Assembly: GCA_040880105.1 (NCBI GenBank)
Contig: JBBDJA010000030.1
Coordinates: 1-62,438, forward strand
DNA: 62,438 nt
Reading direction: 5' to 3'
DNA from: Waddliaceae bacterium
GTDB taxonomy: Bacteria > Chlamydiota > Chlamydiia > Chlamydiales > SLOH01
Shown here: positions 40,653 to 50,612 of the stretch, one piece after another
Position numbering within the stretch: the stretch's first letter is position 1
How the letters are laid out: the number at the start of each line of letters is the position of its first letter
Position numbers and translations under genes: made by a program
Notes under the pieces: generated by a model
The model's input: the letters and a program-made list of their open reading frames with translations, nothing else
Database searches by the model: none
What the model was told of the DNA's origin: nothing

Positions 40653-40999
40653 TATATAAAGGGGTAAGTGAACTTCTAACTAAGCGTCTAAAAAAGTTAG
40701 AAGGTCCCAAAAAACGTCAGATCGAGATTGCTGAGGAGATGAAAAACCATGAGAAGGCTGATCAAAACTATTATGTCACAGCGAATATGGTCCTGAATTT
40801 AGCGGCTCGTGCGAGAGAAATCTTCGAAAGTTCTGAAGTGGATGAAAAACGGGAATTGCTGAATTTGGTGTTTCAGAACTTAAAATTAGAGGGTAAAAAA
40901 ATGCTCACGGAAGACCGTGAGCCATTTTCTACTATGATTGGATATAAGGATCATCCAACCAATTGGAGGTGGAGAGAATCGAACTCTCGTCCTTGGTAA
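40653..40999 (+). pseudogene. C-terminal remnant of a large serine recombinase reading into the antisense of the tmRNA 3' end
   Basis: LA.RA.EIFESSEVDEKRELLNLVFQNL.L.G; ends WRWRESNSRPW across ssrA; no catalytic domain present. Confidence 0.7.
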
Positions 41000-41358
41000 A
41001 CTCCATACTAACCTCTACATGCTTAGCACCCTGTAAATATTCCGACCCCCTGCAGAATGCGCCGGTTGAGGCCGAAACGCTTCATTTAATCTTGACTAAG
41101 GCTCCCTAGAAGCTACGGAAACCAGAGTCATACCAAGTGTATAACAACAGACCCCAAAACCCTTGGTGAAATTTCAGGCTGTCGTGCGATTGTTGCGGTT
41201 AAGCAGCCATCGCAAGTGCAGGCTCTTCTGAAACAGAAAAGTCTACAGCAAAGATTTTATCTTCTGCATTTGTGTTTTTTCCGGTGTTCTTAAAGAGGTT
41301 ACCGAAATCCCCTGCATGCAATCAATACTTTGTTTCCTAGTCGAAACCAGTCACCCCC
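40964..41358 (-). ncRNA. ssrA: tmRNA
   Basis: 5' GGGGGTGACTGGTTTCGAC; 3' GAGAGTTCGATTCTCTCCACCTCCA; tag ORF 41199-41267 AEDKIFAVDFSVSEEPALAMAA*. Confidence 0.95.
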
Positions 41359-41456
41359 AAAAATGATTAAGGATAGTTGATCACACTTGTATTATACCAT
41401 TGTATGGACTTTTTGTATGGGATTTTGTAAAATTTTAGAAAAATTCCTGGGAAATC

Positions 41457-44400
41457 ATGTTTAAGAAAGTGACAAAAGAAAGTTTTGGTGAACGAGAGCG
41501 GAGAATTCTTGCCTTTTGGGAAGAAAATACGATCTTTGAGCGCTCTGTAAATGAGCGTGAAGGGAGACCTGAGTTTGCTACATATGACGGACCTCCGTTT
41601 GCAACAGGCCTTCCGCACTATGGTCACTTTCTTGCAGGAACGATTAAGGATGTCGTTTTAAGATTCAAGACAATGGAAGGATTCCATGTGCCGAGGCGCA
41701 ATGGATGGGATTGCCATGGACTTCCGGTGGAATACGAGGTGGAAAAGGCGCTCGGTCTTTCAGGCGCGCACTCAATTGAGGAGTTTGGCGTTGGCAAGTT
41801 CAATGAAGAGTGCCGAAGCATCGTCTTAAGATTCGCAAGCGAGTGGGTCAACCATATGTCGCGTATGGGAAGATGGGTAGACTTCTCAGACACCTATCAC
41901 ACAATGGATCCAACGTTCATGGAGTCAATCTGGTGGGTATTTAAAGAGCTTTGGGATAAAGGACTTGTCTATAAGGGTTACAAGGTGATGCCGTTTTCAG
42001 CAAAGCTTGGAACACCACTTTCAAACTTTGAGGCAGGTGAAAACTATAAGGAAGTCGATGATCCCTCTTTGACAGTTGCCTTTGAAGCAGGGGAGAATAC
42101 CTACTTACTTGCTTGGACGACGACTCCTTGGACATTGATATCAAACCTTGCCTTGATGGTCGGACCTGAGATTGAATATGTCAAAGTGCATGATAAGAAA
42201 AGCGGTAAACTCTACATCTTAGCTGCCTCTCGACTCTCTGAATATTATAAGAGCCAAGACGAATATGATGTTGTGGAAAAGCTGTCCGGAAACGACCTTA
42301 TAGGAATGCGCTACAAACCTCTTTTTGACTATTTTAGTGATCGAGAGGCGTTTCGCGTGATTGCGGACAACGGCGTTGGTTTGGATGAAGGAACGGGAAT
42401 TGTGCATTGCGCTCCGGCGTTTGGTGAGGTTGACTTTGAGGCGTGCAAACGTGAGGGCATTGAGCTTGTCTGCCCGGTGGATCAAAATGGCGCCTTCACT
42501 AAAGAAGTTCCCGAATATAAAGGGTTATTTGTTAAGGATGCGGATAAAGCGATCATCAAGCGTTTAAAAGAGCAGGGGAGCGTTGTTCATCACGGGACTT
42601 GTCATCACCGCTATCCCTTCTGCTGGCGTTCAGATACCCCGCTAATCTACAAGGCAGTTAGCACCTGGTTTGTCGCTGTTGAAAAGATTAAGGGTCGGTT
42701 GGTTGAGCTAAATGATCAAATCCACTGGATGCCCGAGCACCTGAAGCATGGGCGATTTGGAAAGTGGTTAGAAGGGGCTAGAGACTGGGCGATTAGTCGT
42801 AACCGGTATTGGGGAACGCCGATCCCACTTTGGATATCTGAAGAGGGTGACCTCTACCCGATCGGCAGTATTCAAGAGCTCGAGGAGTTGACAGGGGAGA
42901 CCATTACAGATCTTCACCGCCACTTTATCGATGACCTGACGTTTGAGAAAGACGGAAAAGTGTATCACCGCATCCCCGAAGTTTTTGACTGCTGGTTTGA
43001 GTCGGGGTCGATGCCGTATGCGCAGAACCACTATCCGTTTGAAAACGAGATGCTGTTTGAGAAAATCTTCCCGGCCGATTTTATTGCAGAAGGTCTTGAT
43101 CAAACTAGGGGCTGGTTTTATACCTTAACAGTCTTAGCAGGCGCGCTTTTTGATAAACCTGCGTTTAAAAATGTGATTGTCAATGGGATCGTCCTTGCCT
43201 CCGATGGCGCCAAGATGTCAAAGCGGCTAAAAAATTACCCGGATCCGATGGAGGTTGTGGAGAAGTATGGCGCGGATGCGATTAGACTCTACATGCTGCA
43301 TAGCCCGGCGGTTCGCGGTGATGACCTTCGCTTCAATGAACAGGGAGTTGAACTTGTGGTTCGGCAGATCCTGTTACCACTCTGGAATGCTCATACGTTC
43401 TTTATTACCTATGCAAATATCTACAATTGGAAACCCTCAGAAAACCCAAGCCATCCTCAGGCTGAAATTGATGGCTGGATTTTATCCAGACTTCAAAAGC
43501 TTGTTCACGATGTCCAGCAAGGCATGGACAACTACGACCTAAGCCGAGCGGTAGAGCCATTTGTGCAGTTTATCGATCAATTGACAAACTGGTACATCAG
43601 ACGCTCAAGACGCCGCTTTTGGGCTGAAGAGGAGAGCCAAGATAGAAACGAGGCGTTTGAGACATTATACCAAGTGATCTTAACTGTAACTAAGGTGACA
43701 GCGCCATTTATTCCGTTTATTTCCGAGGCGATCTACAAAAATATAAGAGCTGAAAATATGCCGGATTCTGTTCACCTTTGCGATTACCCGCTCTATCAAG
43801 AGTCTTTTAGAGACCACTGCTTAGAAGAGGCAATGGAATCTGTTCAGATTGCAGTGACACAAGGCCACGCGCTTCGCAAAGAGCATAAAATTAAAGTCCG
43901 ACAGCCGCTTGCAAAAGCCTATGTAGCGTGTAGCAATACGTCAATCGGTGAGTATGTGGGAAGTCATCAACAGCTCATTCTCGATGAGCTAAATGTTCAC
44001 CTAGTTGAGTTTGTCGAAGATGAAACGCAATTTGTTCGGTATGTGGCAAAACCAAACTTTAGACTGCTCGGCAAACGTGCCGGGAAGCAGATGAATATCT
44101 TAAAATCTGCGATTGAGAGCCTAGAGCGCTCAGAGCTTGAGTTGTTAATGCAAGGAAAGACCATATCCATTGATTTAGAAGGTAGTCCATTCCCTCTTGC
44201 TCCTGAAGAAGTAGTTGTCGATCGCGAAGTGCGAGAAGGTCTAGTAGCCTCAAGCGTTCATGGGATTACAATTGCACTTGATACGACATTGAATGAAACA
44301 CTCATCCTAGAAGGACTTGCGCGCGAAATTGTCAATAAGATCAACACAATGCGCCGCGATGCAGACTTGGATGTTTCTGATCGGATTGAAGTAAAGATGG

Positions 44401-44564
44401 AGACAACAAACCTTGTGAAGCAAGCCTTTGATGCTCATAAGGACTATATTACGCATGAAATACTAGCGGTTCGCTTTGACTTTTGCTCAAACGATGGAGT
44501 GGAGTGGAATTTGAATGGAGAGGTTGGAACAATTGCAATTGAACGTGCCGAAAGAAACTCTTAA
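41457..44564 (+). CDS. ileS: Isoleucyl-tRNA synthetase (type 2)
   Basis: DGPPFATGLPHYGH, GWDCHGLP, WTTTPWT, KMSKR. Confidence 0.98.
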   Translation: MFKKVTKESFGERERRILAFWEENTIFERSVNEREGRPEFATYDGPPFATGLPHYGHFLAGTIKDVVLRFKTMEGFHVPRRNGWDCHGLPVEYEVEKALGLSGAHSIEEFGVGKFNEECRSIVLRFASEWVNHMSRMGRWVDFSDTYHTMDPTFMESIWWVFKELWDKGLVYKGYKVMPFSAKLGTPLSNFEAGENYKEVDDPSLTVAFEAGENTYLLAWTTTPWTLISNLALMVGPEIEYVKVHDKKSGKLYILAASRLSEYYKSQDEYDVVEKLSGNDLIGMRYKPLFDYFSDREAFRVIADNGVGLDEGTGIVHCAPAFGEVDFEACKREGIELVCPVDQNGAFTKEVPEYKGLFVKDADKAIIKRLKEQGSVVHHGTCHHRYPFCWRSDTPLIYKAVSTWFVAVEKIKGRLVELNDQIHWMPEHLKHGRFGKWLEGARDWAISRNRYWGTPIPLWISEEGDLYPIGSIQELEELTGETITDLHRHFIDDLTFEKDGKVYHRIPEVFDCWFESGSMPYAQNHYPFENEMLFEKIFPADFIAEGLDQTRGWFYTLTVLAGALFDKPAFKNVIVNGIVLASDGAKMSKRLKNYPDPMEVVEKYGADAIRLYMLHSPAVRGDDLRFNEQGVELVVRQILLPLWNAHTFFITYANIYNWKPSENPSHPQAEIDGWILSRLQKLVHDVQQGMDNYDLSRAVEPFVQFIDQLTNWYIRRSRRRFWAEEESQDRNEAFETLYQVILTVTKVTAPFIPFISEAIYKNIRAENMPDSVHLCDYPLYQESFRDHCLEEAMESVQIAVTQGHALRKEHKIKVRQPLAKAYVACSNTSIGEYVGSHQQLILDELNVHLVEFVEDETQFVRYVAKPNFRLLGKRAGKQMNILKSAIESLERSELELLMQGKTISIDLEGSPFPLAPEEVVVDREVREGLVASSVHGITIALDTTLNETLILEGLAREIVNKINTMRRDADLDVSDRIEVKMETTNLVKQAFDAHKDYITHEILAVRFDFCSNDGVEWNLNGEVGTIAIERAERNS

Positions 44565-45262
44565 TTTTCCATACTAGTAGTTATTACGCTTAAAAAGAGT
44601 AAATAAAGAGTGAGAATGACTGTTTGATAGGCAATTTGTTTTACTCTACATGTGTTATGTTTTTTGACTAGTAATCTTTCTATCTTTTTTTCTTGCATTC
44701 TTTTGAATGGGAGATTGTGTCTGATCTCTAAAATTGAGCAGCCATGCATAGGCAATATAAAATGGTCATCAATATCTCCAGTATCGTGAACGTGCGTTGA
44801 GCGGTAAATAATACGTTCCTTTGGCTGAAATTCTCCTAATGACTTCGTGAAAATATATTTCTTTTCTTCAATATCTTCGCAATTAATAATGTAACCATAG
44901 TCGATATGCATGTAGCAGTGGCTTTTGAATGGGTAAACAACGGTTAATCTCTTTCTTTTTTTCTCGTAGACTGAAATTCCCTTTAGGAACGATTGCACAG
45001 TCGCTTGTAACTTCTTCTCAGACGTTATTGCATTATTCATTAAATACTGCTTAATGTTCTCAGGTCGTAGAGACAAGCCCACATTTCCTAAATTTAGATT
45101 TTTCCAAGCAGTTGGGTGTTTGCAAAATATCGACCAGTTTTTGTTGACGCGCTCGCATGTTGCAAGGTCTTGGACGTCAAAATAGGAAAAAATATTAAAG
45201 TTAAGCTCTAAGGGAAGCTCTTCAAAAGCAAGTTGAGTGGGCTGCGTCATATGAATGGACAT
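44561..45262 (-). CDS. F-box protein with C-terminal TM, paralog 1
   Basis: LPLEL..NIFSY.D..DL..C.RVNK.W. Confidence 0.82.
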   Translation of the reverse strand: MSIHMTQPTQLAFEELPLELNFNIFSYFDVQDLATCERVNKNWSIFCKHPTAWKNLNLGNVGLSLRPENIKQYLMNNAITSEKKLQATVQSFLKGISVYEKKRKRLTVVYPFKSHCYMHIDYGYIINCEDIEEKKYIFTKSLGEFQPKERIIYRSTHVHDTGDIDDHFILPMHGCSILEIRHNLPFKRMQEKKIERLLVKKHNTCRVKQIAYQTVILTLYLLFLSVITTSMEN

Positions 45263-45386
45263 TTGTCTCTGAACCGTATCTATTCCAATACAGGTGTATA
45301 TCTGTATGACTTTTTTGTCTCTATCTTTTTTGAAAGCGAGGCTCGAATTTAGACTGAGCGGCTAAATAGACTGAAAAATTTTTAAT

Positions 45387-46085
45387 TTATAAATGTGTTG
45401 CATGAGAAGCAAAAAAGCAAGTGTAGGAGAGTAGAAAAAGAGTGAAAATGAGCGTCTCAAAAGCGACTCGTTTCATTCTATCTACATGGCGCTTATGTAA
45501 AAGCAGCTTCTCTATCTTTCTTTCTAGAAATCTTTTGATAGGGAGAGTGTGTTTGATCTCTAAAATCGAGCAGCTGTTTTGTATCGGAGGAGCAAAAATA
45601 TCAAAATCGATTTCTTGATTCTCATGATCGTGAGAGGAAAGATAAATTGTACGCACTTTCCGCTGAAAATCTCCGAGCGATCTTGTGAAAATATATGTTT
45701 TTTTAACAATCTCTTCACAGTTGACAATATCACCATAGTCAATATGCATATAACAGCGGTTTTTAAAAGGGTAAATGATTCTCAATCTTTGGATATGAGG
45801 ATTGTTTACTGGAATTTTCTTCAGAAACGATTGGATAGTCTCGAGTAATTTTTTCTCCGAGGTAATGGCATGAATCTTTAAAAACTCCTTGAAGTTTACA
45901 GTTTGTAAAACATGGTTGAAATTCCCCAAGTTGAGATTTTTCCAAACAAGCCTGTGTTTGCAAAATATAGACCAGTTTTTATTCACCCGCTCGCTTGTTG
46001 CAAGGTCTTGTACATCCAAATAGGAAAAAATATTAAAGTTGAGTTCTAAGGGTAGTTGTTCAAACGCAAGTCTGTCCGGTTGCAT
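45387..46085 (-). CDS. F-box protein with C-terminal TM, paralog 2
   Basis: Same F-box motif; clear paralog of 44561-45262. Confidence 0.82.
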   Translation of the reverse strand: MQPDRLAFEQLPLELNFNIFSYLDVQDLATSERVNKNWSIFCKHRLVWKNLNLGNFNHVLQTVNFKEFLKIHAITSEKKLLETIQSFLKKIPVNNPHIQRLRIIYPFKNRCYMHIDYGDIVNCEEIVKKTYIFTRSLGDFQRKVRTIYLSSHDHENQEIDFDIFAPPIQNSCSILEIKHTLPIKRFLERKIEKLLLHKRHVDRMKRVAFETLIFTLFLLSYTCFFASHATHL

Positions 46086-46112
46086 ATGGTAGACCCCCTA
46101 GTGAGTCATTAT

Positions 46113-47837
46113 TTATTTTCTGTCTCTATCCTTTTTGAATATAGGATATTGAAGACTTCTTCTTTGGTAAAGAAAATAGAGTATAAATAGTAAGCCGGCA
46201 ATTGTCCAAACAATAAGACGCGGAGTTGTGAAAACCTTTGATTGGGGGTGATTCACAGGACCCCACCTTGGACTCGGGGGCCAAATTAAAAGTGAGGGAG
46301 TACCGCGCAGATTGCCCTCTGGGACAAATCCAAAGGAGCGCGAGTCTAGGCTCATCGCGTGGTTATCGCCTAAAACTAAATAGTGGCTTTCCGGCACTTT
46401 CACGCCCCATTTTGCTATCTGTTCAGCTGAGGGCGGGCCTTGATCGATGAAGGGCGCCGACTTTTCCTTTTCTTTCTCAATAAATTCTTGTAGAGCCGGA
46501 TCGTCTTTTGTTAAAATGGGACTTCCCATCAGGTATAAATCACCTTGTCGGAAGTAGCTGAATCGCGTTGGCATATTCTGCTCACTGACTTGAGATGACT
46601 CTTGTACGCGAGGATGAAAATCGATACCATCATTATATAGACGCATGACATTTTCAGGAGTCTGTGCATAGAGAGGATGCTCCTTGGGTAGCTCTTCTTT
46701 CCAGCCTTTTATACCGATCTTATACGCCGTTCCATTGTAAAATTCATAGACTCCGTTGGGGATGTCGGAAAAATCGCTTCCGCTAGAGTACATAGAAGAG
46801 CCATACCGCATCGCCTTTCCATCTTTCACTTCAAAGCGCGCGGTGTAAAGCGTTTGCATGAGACGCTCAAGATGCTCTTTGGTTAATGGAATCGTAGATT
46901 TTTGGAAGTTTTGCTCAGCAGTCGGGTGGTGAAAGATTTCAAGCGCAAGTGTATCGTTATTTTTCACCAAGCGGGCTTTTGCGAAATTGTTGATCCCGTA
47001 CCAATCGCCATAGGTGGGGCTTTTAGGAAATTCATCCTTCACCCATTTTTCATTCTCCCAAACCTCAATTAACGGTCTACCCCACAATGAAGGGGTACTT
47101 TTACCCACTCTTTGGTTGAAGTGGTAAAAAATATAGCTTTGATTCGCTTGTTTAATATTGTCTTGGAAGAAGGTGTACGGAATATGTTCAAGCGGCTGCA
47201 TCGCTTCAGACTCTAAGAGTTCATTTAAGGGGCGTCCTTCCTTGTCCAGTCCATAGATCTTACCGCCATAGAAATAGAGCGTGTCTCCCGGCTTTCCGAT
47301 CAATCGCTTAATGTAGCGTTTTTTATATGGAAAGAGTCCAAAAAATGTACTGTCGCTATCTCTTAACTGGGGAAGATTATCGCCGGACCAGATAATTGCC
47401 GATGCGCGCTCAATTAGATCGGGGTCAAAATAGAAGTGGCCGGGCAAGAGTGGATAGTTAATGCCGTAAGAGGCTTTTGTTACAGTCAAATGGTCGTTCT
47501 CTTGATATGTGGGGCGCATGGAGCCTGTCGGGATGACCATGAGTTCAAACCACATCTGCCGAATCGCAATAGCTACAATTAGAGCAATCAAAAGCGCAAA
47601 CGCAAGTTCAAAAATCCAGAGAATAAACCCTGTTTTTTTATGCTCATTTAAGAACGCCTTAAGCTTGGGGGTCAAACTCTTTACTTCGGCTTTGTCTTTA
47701 TTGTGAATCGCCTCGTCAAGCGACTCCATTAAATGTTCGAGGGTAGACTTGTTTCTTTCGGAAAGGGTCTCTCCCTTTTTGTGATACCAGGAGGCTGCGC
47801 CTCTTAGAAGTAGCTTGGCCTTTTTAAATGTCATCAT
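46113..47837 (-). CDS. lepB: Signal peptidase I (long chlamydial type)
   Basis: IPTGSMRPT, YIKRLIG, LGDN..S.DSR. Confidence 0.93.
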   Translation of the reverse strand: MMTFKKAKLLLRGAASWYHKKGETLSERNKSTLEHLMESLDEAIHNKDKAEVKSLTPKLKAFLNEHKKTGFILWIFELAFALLIALIVAIAIRQMWFELMVIPTGSMRPTYQENDHLTVTKASYGINYPLLPGHFYFDPDLIERASAIIWSGDNLPQLRDSDSTFFGLFPYKKRYIKRLIGKPGDTLYFYGGKIYGLDKEGRPLNELLESEAMQPLEHIPYTFFQDNIKQANQSYIFYHFNQRVGKSTPSLWGRPLIEVWENEKWVKDEFPKSPTYGDWYGINNFAKARLVKNNDTLALEIFHHPTAEQNFQKSTIPLTKEHLERLMQTLYTARFEVKDGKAMRYGSSMYSSGSDFSDIPNGVYEFYNGTAYKIGIKGWKEELPKEHPLYAQTPENVMRLYNDGIDFHPRVQESSQVSEQNMPTRFSYFRQGDLYLMGSPILTKDDPALQEFIEKEKEKSAPFIDQGPPSAEQIAKWGVKVPESHYLVLGDNHAMSLDSRSFGFVPEGNLRGTPSLLIWPPSPRWGPVNHPQSKVFTTPRLIVWTIAGLLFILYFLYQRRSLQYPIFKKDRDRK

Positions 47838-48541
47838 AAGGCAAACGGGTTTTGCATGGGAGATTCTAAGTCTTTCCCTGAGTCAACCACGCGGACAGTC
47901 GCGCGATTGAGTTTCCCTTTAATTTGGATCCAGTAAGGGAAATAGGTCGGATAGGGCCCGGCTGTTACGGGAAGGTAGATGAGTACCTCTTGGTTTGCCA
48001 GTTGAGAGCCATCACTTGGCCATCTGGTGGTCCATGCAGAGAAAACTGCATTTTTAACAACGTTCCCTTCATAAACAAGCGGTGGGGACCATGTGCTGCC
48101 GGAAGACCCTCGCTTTTTGCGGCTGGCATCGGGGATTTTATTAAGTTGAATATTGAGTAAGGTCGATAAAATCTGCTGTTGAACTTCTGGCCGAATCCAG
48201 CTGCGAGCAGTGTGCGAGTAGACATGAGTTAAGCGCCCTTGTTGGACGTCAACTTTATAAGTAACCCAGCAAGTGTGACCGGGTGCATGCTGCTCAATCC
48301 AACCTTTCCATCCTTTCCAGTTTGTCTTTACAATTTTGCCGGAAGGAGCTGTCACTTCGTCAAAAATTAGGCCGTCTTGAACTTTCTCTCGAAGGAAAAG
48401 AACAGTAAAGCACTTATTTTGAGCCGTGACAAGGTAGTCGCCGACATTTGCCTTTTGTAGATTGTCGATTAGAGAGAGTTTCTCATTGGCATAAGAGGAG
48501 AATGAGATAAGGATTAAAAATGTTGTTAGAAGGATTCTCAT
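47834..48541 (-). CDS. Conserved chlamydial exported protein (CT021-like)
   Basis: Signal peptide; position upstream of lepB; WP.DG, FPYW. Confidence 0.6.
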   Translation of the reverse strand: MRILLTTFLILISFSSYANEKLSLIDNLQKANVGDYLVTAQNKCFTVLFLREKVQDGLIFDEVTAPSGKIVKTNWKGWKGWIEQHAPGHTCWVTYKVDVQQGRLTHVYSHTARSWIRPEVQQQILSTLLNIQLNKIPDASRKKRGSSGSTWSPPLVYEGNVVKNAVFSAWTTRWPSDGSQLANQEVLIYLPVTAGPYPTYFPYWIQIKGKLNRATVRVVDSGKDLESPMQNPFAL

Positions 48542-48607
48542 GGTAAATTTTTCATTGTATTTTTTTCGTTTAATCCAGATGATACCACGCAAATAGGTTT
48601 CTGAGCT

Positions 48608-49132
48608 ATGGAAAAACGTATTGTATTAAAGCAAGGCGATATCACTAAAGAAGAGGTCGCTGTGATCGTTAACGCTGCCAATTCCGGACTACAAGTCGGT
48701 GGGGGCGTTTGCGGCGCTATACACAGCGCAGGCGGCCCTGCAATTCTTGATGAGTGCGAAAAGATATTTGATGATCAGGGCAGCTGTCAAACAGGTGAGG
48801 CTGTGATCACAACGGCCGGAAATTTAAAGGCTAAATATGTGATTCATACCGTCGGCCCCGTTTGGCAGGGCGGAGATGAAAACGAAGCAGCTCTTTTGCA
48901 CCGAGCATATGTAAACAGCCTCACACTGGCAGAAAAGAATAATGCGCTAACCGTTGCGTTTCCCTCGATAAGCACAGGAAGTTTCGGGTATCCGATTAAA
49001 GAGGCTGCCATGATCGCTCTCTCAACCATTGATAACTATCTCTCAGAGAGCAAAATTCAACAAGTGCGGATGATCCTCTTTTCAGAAGAAGACTTTCAAA
49101 TTTATAAGAAAATTTACGATGATATTAGCTAA
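48608..49132 (+). CDS. Macrodomain O-acetyl-ADP-ribose deacetylase (YmdB-like)
   Basis: GDIT, IVNAAN, GGGV.GAIH, HTVGP, FPSISTG. Confidence 0.92.
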   Translation: MEKRIVLKQGDITKEEVAVIVNAANSGLQVGGGVCGAIHSAGGPAILDECEKIFDDQGSCQTGEAVITTAGNLKAKYVIHTVGPVWQGGDENEAALLHRAYVNSLTLAEKNNALTVAFPSISTGSFGYPIKEAAMIALSTIDNYLSESKIQQVRMILFSEEDFQIYKKIYDDIS

Positions 49133-50612
49133 TTCAAACTCCCTAAATTTACTGACAGATCTCTATCAACTTACAATGGCCTACGGTTACTGGAAGACAG
49201 GGCGCAGCGAGATGGAGTCGGTTTTTCACCTCTTTTTTCGTCGACAGCCCTATAAAGGCGGGTTTTCCATTGCGTCGGGCCTTGAGGCTGTTATTGAGTT
49301 CTTAAACGGCTTTAAGTATACAGAAACAGATATCGAGTACCTGGCAAGTTTAAAAGGAGCCGACGGTGAGATTCTTTTTGATCCTGAGTTTTTTGATTAC
49401 CTTCGCGATCTTACCTTCACATGCGACATTTCAGCAGTCCCCGAAGGCACCGCGGTATTTCCCTTTGAACCCCTGATAACTGTTAAAGGACCTCTTCTCC
49501 AATGCCAACTGCTTGAAACACCACTGCTGAACTTAATTAACTTTCCTACCTTGATCGCGACAAAAGCCGCTCGCCTGCGTCTCTCCGCTCAAGACGATGA
49601 AGTTATTGAGTTCGGGCTAAGAAGAGCGCAAGGAATGGATGGGGGGGTGACCGCCTCCCGCGCCTCATATGTCGGTGGCTGCGATTCGACATCCAATGTG
49701 CTTGCCGGCAAACTTTACGGGATTCCTATTCGAGGGACGCACTCCCACAGTTGGATTATGTCTTTTGAGAAGGAAATCGACTCTTTTTATGCATTTGCCA
49801 AAGCACTTCCCTCCAGCTGTATCTTTCTTGTCGACACATATGACTCGATCCAAGGGGTAAAAAATGCAATTGAGGTCGGGAAGTATTTGCGAGAGAATGG
49901 AAAAGAAATGCTTGGAATTCGACTCGATTCAGGCGATATTACTTACCTAAGTCAAGCATGCCGGCGCCTGCTCGATGAAGCCGGATTTCAAGACGCGAAG
50001 ATCGTGGCGAGCAATGAGCTCGATGAGTATCTTGTTGCAGAGATGAAACGCCAAGGCTCTAAAGTCGATGTCTGGGGCGTTGGGACAAACCTAGTCACAG
50101 CAAAAGATCAGTCAGCCCTCGACGGCGTCTACAAACTCTCTGCAATCCGTGAAGATTCCAGTCAGCCTTGGCAGTATCGCTTAAAATTATCCGAACAAAT
50201 TTCTAAGATTACAAATCCCGGGATCCTGCAGGTTCGTCGTTTTTTTGAAGAGGGGAAATGCGTTGCCGATGTGATCTATGATGTGGATGATGATATTTCA
50301 AATGGCTGTACCCTCGTCGATCCCATCGACGCCACAAGACAGCGGTACATAGCACCGAGTGTTTTAGGGGAAGATCTTCTTGTGCCTATCTTTAAAAAGG
50401 GAAAATGTGTATACAAGAGCCCTCCTCTTCCCGATATACGCAAGCGGACTCTTCATCAGCTCTCACTTTTTCACAGTGGAGTGAAGCGATTTGTGAATCC
50501 GCATCAATATGTAGTGGGAATGGAAAGCTCTCTTTTTGAGCTGAAAATGAAACTCATTCGCCAAGCAAGAAAAAAGGTAAATCCACATTATGAAGGCCCT
50601 GCTACTCGTTGA
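49119..50612 (+). CDS. pncB: Nicotinate phosphoribosyltransferase
   Basis: LTDLYQLTM, EFGLRRAQG, GTHSHS, LVDTYD, IRLDSGD. Confidence 0.95.
   Translation: MILANSNSLNLLTDLYQLTMAYGYWKTGRSEMESVFHLFFRRQPYKGGFSIASGLEAVIEFLNGFKYTETDIEYLASLKGADGEILFDPEFFDYLRDLTFTCDISAVPEGTAVFPFEPLITVKGPLLQCQLLETPLLNLINFPTLIATKAARLRLSAQDDEVIEFGLRRAQGMDGGVTASRASYVGGCDSTSNVLAGKLYGIPIRGTHSHSWIMSFEKEIDSFYAFAKALPSSCIFLVDTYDSIQGVKNAIEVGKYLRENGKEMLGIRLDSGDITYLSQACRRLLDEAGFQDAKIVASNELDEYLVAEMKRQGSKVDVWGVGTNLVTAKDQSALDGVYKLSAIREDSSQPWQYRLKLSEQISKITNPGILQVRRFFEEGKCVADVIYDVDDDISNGCTLVDPIDATRQRYIAPSVLGEDLLVPIFKKGKCVYKSPPLPDIRKRTLHQLSLFHSGVKRFVNPHQYVVGMESSLFELKMKLIRQARKKVNPHYEGPATR

Noticed and set aside
21502..40999. Classical integron (IntI/attC)
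   Set aside because: No IntI tyrosine recombinase and no attC-type RYYYAAC...GTTRRRY structure seen; the analogy is architectural only
41624..44253. Short alternative-frame ORFs inside ileS and other long genes
   Set aside because: Shadow ORFs overlapping well-supported genes
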